Assembly: GCA_947625645.1 (NCBI GenBank)
Contig: CANQPE010000001.1
Span: 74,978 to 138,977 of the forward strand
Reading direction: 5' to 3'
Source: an uncultured Clostridia bacterium
GTDB lineage: Bacteria; Bacillota; Clostridia; TANB77; CAG-508
Length of the DNA stretch: 64,000 nt
This document shows, in pieces, positions 19,290-27,620 of the stretch. The notes under the pieces are model-generated. The model saw only the letters and a program-made list of their open reading frames with translations. It did not search any database and was not told the origin of the DNA. A program made the position numbers and the translations under genes. Position 1 is the first letter of the stretch. Each line of letters opens with the position of its first letter.

Positions 19290-20087
19290 CTATCTAAACT
19301 TTTTACTATTTAAAATGACTTTTTCTAATAAAACAACGGCACCATACATAATGCCTGCTAAAACACCTAAAATGATGACACTTGTCATAACCAAATCTAA
19401 TTTAAACACTTGACCTCCATATACAATTAAGTAACCTAGTCCTGCTTTAGACACAAGAAATTCCCCTGATATAACACCTACTAAAGATAAGCCTATATTC
19501 ACTTTTAGTGAATTAATGAACGTCGAAATGTTAGCTGGTAATATAATTTTTGTTAGAATTTGTAATTTACTTGCCTTGAATGTTTTTGCCATTTTTATTA
19601 AATTTTCATCTGTTTTTAAAAATCCATTTAAGTTTTCTAGTATGGTAACAATTAATGAAATGGCCACTGCCATTACTATAATTGCCTGTGTTCCTGCTCC
19701 CACCCAAATAATAATAATGGGACCCAATGCTACTTTTGGTAAACTGTTTAATACAACAAGGTACGGATCTGCAACTTTTGCTAAAAAATCTGACCACCAT
19801 AAAATGATAGCTATGATAATTCCTAGTAATGTTCCTAACAAAAATCCCACTATCGTTTCATATGCAGTAACTTGTATGTGTTTGACTAAATCATTTGCTC
19901 CTAAGTTAGTAAGCGTTGCCCATATTCGGCTTGGTTGACTTGTAATAAAGCTATCAATCATCTCTTTATTCGCCATCCATTCCCAAATTCCTAAAAAGGC
20001 AACTAATATAAAAATTTGTGTTATTGCTACTAAGAGCTTTGTTCTTCTTCTTTTTTGTAAATATAGTTTTCTTTCATTTGTTTTCAT
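19290..20087 (-). CDS. ABC transporter permease (NitT/TauT family)
   Basis: 265 aa polytopic protein of BPD-transporter type. Overlaps the ATPase gene by 14 nt. Confidence 0.8.
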   Translation of the reverse strand: MKTNERKLYLQKRRRTKLLVAITQIFILVAFLGIWEWMANKEMIDSFITSQPSRIWATLTNLGANDLVKHIQVTAYETIVGFLLGTLLGIIIAIILWWSDFLAKVADPYLVVLNSLPKVALGPIIIIWVGAGTQAIIVMAVAISLIVTILENLNGFLKTDENLIKMAKTFKASKLQILTKIILPANISTFINSLKVNIGLSLVGVISGEFLVSKAGLGYLIVYGGQVFKLDLVMTSVIILGVLAGIMYGAVVLLEKVILNSKKFR

Positions 20088-20847
20088 CCACTCCCAACTC
20101 CTTCCATAATGTGTTAAAATATTGGCTAAATTTGGGACTTTCTCTGCAGTTTAATGGATTTCTTTCTTTGGTTTCAAACTCGATTTTGTGAATGTCTTTA
20201 ATCGTTGCCGGCCTTTTGCTTAGCACAAAAACGCGGTCTGACATACTAATTGCTTCTGATATATCATGCGTAACAATAAGTGCAGTGATATGTTCCTTTC
20301 GTAAAATATGGTATATATCTTCTGTTACCATAATTCTAGTTTGATAATCTAATGCAGAAAAGGCTTCATCTAAAAGTAAGATTTTAGGTTTTATGGCTAA
20401 GGTTCTAATCAAGGCCACTCTCTGCCTCATCCCACCTGATAATTCTTGTGGATATTTGTCCTTAAATTCATACAAGTGATATTTGTGGAGTAAACTTTCT
20501 ACATATGCTTTGCTTTCTTTTGTTCTTATCCCCTTTAATTCTAATCCTAACATAACATTGCTCCAAATGGTTCTCCATTCTAGTAAACAGTCTTTTTGTA
20601 ACATATATCCAATTTCTGGAGATATCCCTTCTACTTTTTTCTCTTGTATGTAGATTTCTCCCATTGTTTTTTCTTCTAACCCACTAATAATAGATAACAG
20701 TGTTGACTTTCCACATCCACTTGGTCCAATTAAGCTAACAAACTCTCCCTCTTTCATTCTAAAATTAATATTTTGTAATGCTTGTATTTCTCCCTTTGGC
20801 GTTTGATACGTTTTACTAATGTTTTTTACTTCTAATATTGGTTTCAT
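20074..20847 (-). CDS. ABC transporter ATP-binding protein (NitT/TauT family)
   Basis: 257 aa. Walker A GPSGCGKST, signature LSGGMRQRVA, Walker B ILLLDEAFSALD. Confidence 0.9.
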   Translation of the reverse strand: MKPILEVKNISKTYQTPKGEIQALQNINFRMKEGEFVSLIGPSGCGKSTLLSIISGLEEKTMGEIYIQEKKVEGISPEIGYMLQKDCLLEWRTIWSNVMLGLELKGIRTKESKAYVESLLHKYHLYEFKDKYPQELSGGMRQRVALIRTLAIKPKILLLDEAFSALDYQTRIMVTEDIYHILRKEHITALIVTHDISEAISMSDRVFVLSKRPATIKDIHKIEFETKERNPLNCRESPKFSQYFNTLWKELGVDENK

Positions 20848-20906
20848 ACATACCTCCTTTTTTGGGTTTACTATATTTTATGTTACCTTATTTCATTGCG
20901 TGACAC

Positions 20907-20938
20907 GGGAACAAATAGGGACGGTTCCTTTTTGTGCC
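20907..20938. repeat. single-arm copy of the GGGACGGTTC-type repeat
   Basis: gggaacaaatagggacggttcctttttgtgcc closely matches the left arm of the 10985-11067 palindrome. Confidence 0.6.
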
Positions 20939-20953
20939 ATATACATACAAATT

Positions 20954-20989
20954 AAAGACGCTAGAAAATAATAATTTTCTAACGTCTTT
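20954..20989 (-). terminator. hairpin terminator of the three-gene cassette
   Basis: aaagacgctagaaaat / attttctaacgtcttt: 16-bp stem with 1 mismatch and a 4-nt loop, 18 nt past the SecB-like stop. Confidence 0.6.
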
Positions 20990-21006
20990 TGCTTAAATAT
21001 ACAATA

Positions 21007-21402
21007 TTAGTTGTCCTCGTCAAATAATTTGTTAACATTAATTGGCGGTAATATCAGAGCATTTACATTAGCACTTGCTGTATATGTAGACACTATCGCT
21101 CTTATATATGGATATAAAATAGCAATTGCATTTGGTTCAAGATTAAGTTTACTTTCATTTTCTACTGCAAAAAATCCTGTTATTTGAACATTCATTTCAA
21201 ATGGATAATTATTTTCTTCAGCATGCTCAAAAATTTTTGTTTCTATGGTAACCTCCATTTTATCTTCTATTTTCTTTACACTCTTAGATACGGAAAAATT
21301 TACTTTTGTTCTCTGGTCTAAGTCACAATTTTTGTTTCTTATAAACTCCACTTTGTCTACTATATATTTTTCAAATATTAATACACTTTTCAAATTCTCC
21401 AT
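21007..21402 (-). CDS. SecB-like chaperone
   Basis: 131 aa from the ATG at 21402 (GGAGG 9 nt upstream). LIFEKYIVDKVEFI..., FEMNVQITGFFAV and NAIAILYPYIRAIVSTYTASANVNALILPPINVNKLF parallel E. coli SecB FQIQRIYTKDISFE..., CEVQQAGIFSI and [36 protein letters not shown]. Confidence 0.7.
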   Translation of the reverse strand: MENLKSVLIFEKYIVDKVEFIRNKNCDLDQRTKVNFSVSKSVKKIEDKMEVTIETKIFEHAEENNYPFEMNVQITGFFAVENESKLNLEPNAIAILYPYIRAIVSTYTASANVNALILPPINVNKLFDEDN

Positions 21403-21403
21403 A

Positions 21404-21661
21404 TTAAGCTGCCTCCAATAAATCAATTTCGTTATTTTTCTTAAATAACATTTGCACTTTTTTTATAAAATTTTTTGTTTCTATTTTATGTACCCACATG
21501 TTATTAAAATCCTCTCCAATATAATAACATTCACTATCATATTCATCTATTATTAGTCCATTGTCTAATAATTCTTCTAATAATTCTTCTGATGAAATAT
21601 TTTTTAATAAATCGTCCACTGTTTTTTCAAACTCATCTATATTGAAATCAAATATATCCAT
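21404..21661 (-). CDS. small acidic protein, candidate antitoxin
   Basis: 85 aa, rich in D/E in the first 55 residues with a K-rich, more hydrophobic tail. Lies 13 nt after the upstream gene. Its stop is 1 nt before the SecB-like ATG. Confidence 0.55.
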   Translation of the reverse strand: MDIFDFNIDEFEKTVDDLLKNISSEELLEELLDNGLIIDEYDSECYYIGEDFNNMWVHKIETKNFIKKVQMLFKKNNEIDLLEAA

Positions 21662-21674
21662 AACATTTATCCCC

Positions 21675-22265
21675 CTATTTATAAAAATATACTATGCTCT
21701 CAAATATCTCTTTACTTATATCTACTTTTTCTTTATTTTCTAAAATTATGCTTTTATCTTTAACACAAAACATTTTCCTAGGGTAGTTTTTGAATGCATC
21801 AAATGTTTTTGTATTTATTTGTTCTATAAAAGTTTTTGCTATCATCTTTTTAGTGATTAAATTTCTTTTATACATCATATTTATAATCGCTGCTGTTTTA
21901 TTCTTAGCTCTTATATATTCAGGTTTAGTTATTAGTTTTCCTTTAATTTTTTCTACTAAAAGCTCAAATTTGTACAATTTATCTTTTTCATCTAAATCTA
22001 ATATGTCCTCTTGTTTTACTTTTATAGTGCTTTGTATTATTGTATATTTGCTTATTAAGAGTTCCCACTTTGGCAAATAGGAAAAAATTTTTATAAATTT
22101 TTTTATGTTCCAATCTATTGCGTCATCACACAAGTAAAAAAAATAAATTCCGGAACCTAAAAATAAATTATTATCTTTGTCTTCATTTACAATAAAATTA
22201 TTTTCACATATTGATTTTACCAGTTCTTTCTTTGTACCATGATAACCTATTATTTCTTCATCCAT
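21675..22265 (-). CDS. ART-fold-like protein (DUF3990/PARP-like signature), candidate toxin
   Basis: 196 aa. IGYHGT at residues 6-11 and LGSGIYFFY...DAIDW about 25 aa later follow the H-Y-E ADP-ribosyltransferase pattern (HG[ST] ... GxG[IF]YF ... A..W). AAGGAG RBS. Confidence 0.55.
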   Translation of the reverse strand: MDEEIIGYHGTKKELVKSICENNFIVNEDKDNNLFLGSGIYFFYLCDDAIDWNIKKFIKIFSYLPKWELLISKYTIIQSTIKVKQEDILDLDEKDKLYKFELLVEKIKGKLITKPEYIRAKNKTAAIINMMYKRNLITKKMIAKTFIEQINTKTFDAFKNYPRKMFCVKDKSIILENKEKVDISKEIFESIVYFYK

Positions 22266-22317
22266 TTTTACTCCTTATGTTTTTATTTGTATTATTAATT
22301 AAAATTTTTACATTGTT

Positions 22318-22346
22318 ATTATATCATGAGATTAACATAATGTCAA
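22318..22346 (-). promoter_or_regulatory. consensus sigma-A promoter of the three-gene cassette
   Basis: Minus strand reads TTGACA (22346-22341)-17 nt-TATAAT (22323-22318), about 50 nt upstream of the ATG at 22265. Confidence 0.7.
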
Positions 22347-22412
22347 TGCTCTGTGTACTCTTTATTTTATATACTTTTTATATTTTTTTGTCAATACCTA
22401 TATATCTCTATT

Positions 22413-23550
22413 CTAAAACAGAATTTGTTCTAAGGTTTGTAAAAGATATTCTACTTCTGGCATGGTGTTGAAATCTCCAAAGGTAACTCTTAAGGCTCCT
22501 TTGGCTAATTCTGGTGGGACACCTATTGCTGATAATACGTGTGACGGTGCACTGTCTCCTGAGGAACAAGCAGACCCGCCTGAAGCACAAATTCCTTCCG
22601 CATCTAATTTTAACAGTAGTTCTCCTGAGTCTATGTTAGGAAAACATACATTGCAGTTTCCTGGTAGCCTTTGTTCTAAACTGCCATTGATACGACATTC
22701 AGGAAACTTTTGCTGTACTTGTTCTAAAAAGAAGTCTCTCATTTCTTTTAATTTGCGAATATAGCCTTCTATGTCTTCTTCTGCTAATTGGCAAGCTTTT
22801 CCCAATGCTACAATTTGTGCTACATTTTCGGTTCCGGCTCTCTTGTCTTTTTCTTGATGTCCTCCATCTAAAAATTTATATAGTTCAATCCCTTCTCTAA
22901 TATATAATGCACCTATTCCTTTTGGGGCATATAATTTATGGCCAGATAATGATAACATGTCAATTCCCATTTGTTTGACATCTATTGGCACATTCCCGAA
23001 CCGCTTGCACAGCATCTGTATGGAATGTAATTCCTCTTGCTTTTGCTATTTTAGCAATTTCTTGGATAGGTTCTATGGTTCCAATTTCATTGTTGGCAAA
23101 CATGACACTAATTAAAAATGTTTTGTCTGAAATATGATTCATAAGGGATTCTAAATTAACAAATCCTTGTGCATCAACGTCTAAGTAAGTAACTTCAAAG
23201 CCTTGCTTTTCTAGGCTATGACAAGAGTTTAAAATGGCTGGATGTTCAATACATGATGTAATGATATGGTTTTTCCCAGTTTGCTTCTCTTTTTGTAAAA
23301 AAGCCATTCCTTTTAAAGCCATGTTATCACTTTCTGAGCCACAACTTGTAAATACGATTTCTTGTGGTTTACAATGTAATAAACTTGCCACTCTTTCTCT
23401 TGCTTGTTCTATTGCCTTTTTGGCTCTTCTGCCTAAGCCATATACAGATGAAGGATTTCCATACTCTAAACTCAAATAAGGAAACATTTCTTCTAATACC
23501 GCTTCTTTCACTCTTGTTGTCGCACTATTGTCAAAATATTTTATATTCAT
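22413..23550 (-). pseudogene. nifS: NifS/IscS-type cysteine desulfurase, frame-broken (+1) at 22996-22998
   Basis: Track ORFs 22960..23550 (N-terminal part, ...HTDAVQAV) and 22413..23015 (C-terminal part, GNVPIDV...SLSGHK PLP-lysine motif). The span is 3n+1 long. The junction lies in GCG GTT C GGG AAT GTG. Confidence 0.85.
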
Positions 23551-23583
23551 ACTTACTCACCTTGTATAGTATATGCCAGTATG

Positions 23584-24430
23584 TTATAAAATAGACTGAA
23601 TTTGATCCATATTTTCCATGGCACATCGATATCCTGCACGATAGCACTTTTCTAATTTTTCGATATCAAGTAATCCTGTACCATCTGAATCTACTGTTAA
23701 CACAAAATCGCTCTCATGAATGCTTTCTTCTGATATTTTATTTCCCATAATATCTATGGTACGCATTGCAATATCCATAAAGTTGCTATTTTCATCAATA
23801 TTGTCCGCCTTAAAATTAACACAAATCACTTTTTCAGTTCCCTGTTTTTTTAATTCTTGAACAGGAATATTATCCAAAATGCCTCCATCTAAAAATTTAT
23901 GTCCTTGAAAATCGCAAGGGCAAAAAACACCTGGGAAACTACTACTTGCCCTAACTGCTGTTCCTACAGATATTTCTGAAATATATCGCTTATCTAGTTT
24001 TTTACAATTGGTGAAAATATATTTTTCTGAACGATTGACATCCACCGTTGGTATAACAATTGGTTTTTGAATTTGTGCTACTTTGTGTACACCTTTTTTT
24101 AAGGCTGCCATATTGTAAGCTTCTTCAATCCCTTTTCCAGAATTAAATCCACAAACTTGGAACTTTCTATTTGTCATAAAATTCCCGAATGGTATTGATA
24201 ATGGGTGAAGTGTCTACACTTAAAATTTCTTTTGCATAACGTTTAAAAAGAATATAAATATAATAAGGAGAATAGCCCAAAGCGTATAGTGTTGCCACCA
24301 TACTCCCTGAGCTTGCTCCCCCTATGATATCTACTTGTATTTGTTTTTCTTCTAATGCTTTTAGCACACCGGCATGTGCAATTCCACGGATTCCTCCGCC
24401 AGCTAGTGCAATTCCCAAATGCAATATCAT
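23584..24430 (-). pseudogene. patatin-like phospholipase, frame-broken (+1) near 24185-24187
   Basis: N-terminal part from the ATG at 24430 has GGGIRG and GASSG (GxSxG). The C-terminal part (23584..24177) has DGGILDN. The span is 3n+1 long. The two frames overlap in a window of about 45 nt. Confidence 0.8.
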
Positions 24431-24437
24431 ACGCCTC

Positions 24438-26171
24438 CTATTTTGTATAATATATTTGCCCAGAACCATATTGCACTTGGTGATATTCACTAATGAATTC
24501 TGGTTCTGACTGTGAAGTAACATTACTTTCGCTTGGCTCAAGACCGATTGTCCCATCTTGTTTTATCATACCCCATTTTCCATCTTTTAAAACACCTGCA
24601 AATCCATACTGATTAAATTCTGTTACTGCATCATAAATTGGTTCTACAACGATATTGCCGGCTTTATCTGCATATCCCCATTTTCCATCTTTTGTCATGG
24701 CAAATAGTGTATTATTGACCAAAATCTCTTGGTTGGTCACTGTTGCACCTTCTGGCGTAATATATGTCTTATTTTTTCCATCTGTTACACAAATATAGGT
24801 TTCTTCTTGTGTCATGGTTCCATTTTCCATTTGAAGAATCACTTCTCCTGCTTCATTTGCTATTTCTAATGTATTATTTATCATTCTTTGTATTAAGTTT
24901 GTGTTTGGTATGACTTGAATCGATGTATATTTAAACTCTGATTTTGAATTTCCCTGTATGTCAACAATTCCTAAGTTTTCTCCCGCTTTTGATGCTATGA
25001 ATAAATCTTTTGTTAAATAGGCTAAGTATTGATAACTTTCTTCTGAAACAGGCTGCTCATTTTTACAAATTTGATACGTTGTGCCTTCTTCTGTTGCTTG
25101 AATGCGTATTGTATATTCTTGCTTTTCTGGTATGGTAACAATGGTTATTTCAGGAGAAATGTTCGTTAATTTTCCTTCGGCATCATAAACTTCTGTCTTT
25201 TCTCCTTTTTGTGCATATAAGTATTTCCCTTTTACATCTAATTGTTCAAATTGGCAATCTATGATTTGTTTGCCTTCTCGATTCATGACGCCATATTGTT
25301 TTCCTTGTTGTACTATAAAAATAGCATGGCTACTGTCATAATGAATTGACTGATATTCATTTGGGATGAGTTGTTTCTCGTTATGGAACACACCATATCT
25401 TCCATTTTCAGCAACTAATAAATACACGTCTTTTCGCTCTCCTGAATCTGGTATACGTTGCATATCATTGTATATGGTTTGCAAATACTCTTTTCCAGTA
25501 TAATCCACATATCCATAGCGATAACCATTATCTGTTTTGTTAGCAACAATATACCCATCATAGCGATAGTTTTCGTCTTCTTCAAAAAAAGCATCTGCTT
25601 GGATTTTGTCATATTGACTTTCTACCAATGGATAGCCTTTTAAATTGATGACACCGTATTTTCCGTCTTGTTTTACTAATAATTCTCCTTCTTTGTATTG
25701 TAGTGTATCTATCTCTTCATAAATTGGATCTGTAATGACATCTCCTTCTAATGTAAGAAGTCCATATTTTCCACCTTTTTCATATTTTAAAATCGATTTT
25801 TCATATACTAGGTCACTTGCCACATTTTTTAATTGTAATGCATCTATGGCATCATATGTAGTATAAAGTTGTTCTCCAGATGCATTTAACACCATACTTT
25901 TTCCTTCTGTTTGGCATACAAAAATAGGTTTTGATGGGTTTGGTATTTTTACCATTGTATATTCTGTTGGTATTTTTATATTTCCTTGTGTATCCATAAC
26001 GCCAAATTTTTGGTCGTCTGTTGCTTTCAATACAAAATATTGATAATTTGTAACACTTTCAATTTCATAGTCTCTATCTTGTTCTTGCTTTTGCTGAAAA
26101 ACAAAATAAATTCCTATGGCGATTATTACCAAAACAATAGAGATACCCACTATTATACTTCTTTTTTTCAT
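24438..26171 (-). CDS. WG/KWG-repeat-containing membrane-anchored protein
   Basis: 577 aa from the ATG at 26171. N-terminal TM helix. Many repeats of the type [30 protein letters not shown] and [11 protein letters not shown]. Confidence 0.75.
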   Translation of the reverse strand: MKKRSIIVGISIVLVIIAIGIYFVFQQKQEQDRDYEIESVTNYQYFVLKATDDQKFGVMDTQGNIKIPTEYTMVKIPNPSKPIFVCQTEGKSMVLNASGEQLYTTYDAIDALQLKNVASDLVYEKSILKYEKGGKYGLLTLEGDVITDPIYEEIDTLQYKEGELLVKQDGKYGVINLKGYPLVESQYDKIQADAFFEEDENYRYDGYIVANKTDNGYRYGYVDYTGKEYLQTIYNDMQRIPDSGERKDVYLLVAENGRYGVFHNEKQLIPNEYQSIHYDSSHAIFIVQQGKQYGVMNREGKQIIDCQFEQLDVKGKYLYAQKGEKTEVYDAEGKLTNISPEITIVTIPEKQEYTIRIQATEEGTTYQICKNEQPVSEESYQYLAYLTKDLFIASKAGENLGIVDIQGNSKSEFKYTSIQVIPNTNLIQRMINNTLEIANEAGEVILQMENGTMTQEETYICVTDGKNKTYITPEGATVTNQEILVNNTLFAMTKDGKWGYADKAGNIVVEPIYDAVTEFNQYGFAGVLKDGKWGMIKQDGTIGLEPSESNVTSQSEPEFISEYHQVQYGSGQIYYTK

Positions 26172-26180
26172 CCTTATTAC

Positions 26181-26206
26181 TTCCTTTCTTGGCACAGACC
26201 GGTTGC
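26181..26206 (-). repeat. conserved pre-SD leader box, copy upstream of the WG-repeat gene (GCAACCGGTCTGTGCCAAGAAAGGAA)
   Basis: Preceded by the hairpin accggttgca-ttttc-tgcaaccggt (26199-26223 on the plus strand). Confidence 0.5.
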
Positions 26207-26233
26207 AGAAAATGCAACCGGTATTTTTTGCGA

Positions 26234-27520
26234 CTATTTATTTTTGCATGCCTTAATTTTCAATATTCGATTATCTTCATATTCCTCAATTTTATATGTT
26301 ACTTTTTTGGTTTCAATAACAGGGTTTTCTTCTTCTTTTGGTATTCTATCTAATTCATCTTGCAAAAATCCTGAAATGGTGTCATAATCTCCCTCCGGTA
26401 TTTCTGCATTTAAAAGTTTATTAACATCATATATCGTCATACTTCCAGACAAAATATACGTGTTTTCATCTACTTTTTCATATTGTAATTCTTCTTCGTC
26501 ATACTCATCATAAATTTCACCTACAAGTTCCTCTAAAATATCTTCCATTGTAATAAGTCCAGCTGTTCCACCATATTCGTCTAAGATAATTGCCATTTGT
26601 GTTTTATGGGTTTGCATTTCGCGAAATAAATCATTTATCATTTTACTTTGTGGTACAAAATATGGTTCATGAATGATATTTTTTATGCGAAATGTTTTTT
26701 TACCAATATTTTTCAACACGTCTTTTATATAAATAATTCCTTTGATTTCATCAATGGTTTCATCATACACTGGTATTCTACTATAACGGTAGTCCTCTTT
26801 TGAAATAATTTGCATAAATTCTTCAATATTAGTAGACATATCCACTGCAAAGATATCTGTGCGATGTGTCATAATTTCAGAAACGGTAATATCATCAAAT
26901 TCAAATACGTTATTCAATAATTCTTTTTCTTCTTCTTCTATGGTTCCTTTTTCTTCTCCTTGGTCTATCATCATCTTGATTTCTTCTTCTGTTACAGTTT
27001 CTTCTTCATGTTCATTCACACCAAATAACTTTGAAATTTTATTCGTTACAAATGTTAAGAGTTTGACAAATGGTGATGTTATGATAGACAAAATTCGAAT
27101 CAATCGAATCGTTGCAAATGAAATTTTTTCGTAATTTTTCATTGCTAGTCTTTTTGGAACTAATTCTCCAAATACAAGTGTAAAAAAGGATAAAATAATG
27201 GTAATTAAAATGATGGAAATGGTGTTCCAAACACTAATGCTAAAAATTGGCATTGCTTGGTGCAAAATAGGAGCTAACTCACTGGCAAATGCGTCTGAAG
27301 CAAATGCACTAGATAAGAATCCTGCTAATGTAATTCCTATTTGTATGGTTGCTAAAAAATGGCTTGGATTTTTTAACATGATTTCAATTTGCTTCGCTTT
27401 TTTATTCCCCTCTTTTGCCATTTTTTCAATTTTTGCATCATTGAGTGATATAAATGCAATTTCACTTGCTGCAAAAAAGGCATTGACAAAAATAAGTATA
27501 ATTAGTATTAAAAAACCCAT
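26234..27520 (-). CDS. CNNM/CorC-HlyC family transporter (DUF21-CBS-CorC domains)
   Basis: 428 aa. N-terminal DUF21 membrane domain (AASEIAFISLN), a CBS pair, and a CorC_HlyC C-terminus. Confidence 0.8.
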   Translation of the reverse strand: MGFLILIILIFVNAFFAASEIAFISLNDAKIEKMAKEGNKKAKQIEIMLKNPSHFLATIQIGITLAGFLSSAFASDAFASELAPILHQAMPIFSISVWNTISIILITIILSFFTLVFGELVPKRLAMKNYEKISFATIRLIRILSIITSPFVKLLTFVTNKISKLFGVNEHEEETVTEEEIKMMIDQGEEKGTIEEEEKELLNNVFEFDDITVSEIMTHRTDIFAVDMSTNIEEFMQIISKEDYRYSRIPVYDETIDEIKGIIYIKDVLKNIGKKTFRIKNIIHEPYFVPQSKMINDLFREMQTHKTQMAIILDEYGGTAGLITMEDILEELVGEIYDEYDEEELQYEKVDENTYILSGSMTIYDVNKLLNAEIPEGDYDTISGFLQDELDRIPKEEENPVIETKKVTYKIEEYEDNRILKIKACKNK

Positions 27521-27620
27521 GTATTCCCTCTCCTCATTTTATAGTATGCGTAAATTCACTCCTATTATATCCGTTTTCTTATTTTTTTTCAATATGTTTC
27601 ATAGAAAAATTTTTGTGTTG

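Noticed and set aside
20848-21006. Possible TPP riboswitch upstream of the NMT1/THI5-like ABC transporter operon
   Set aside because: The region is only about 160 nt and is filled by the cassette terminator and a repeat copy. No CTGAGA...ACCTGATCTGGATAATGCCAGCG-type TPP elements were seen.
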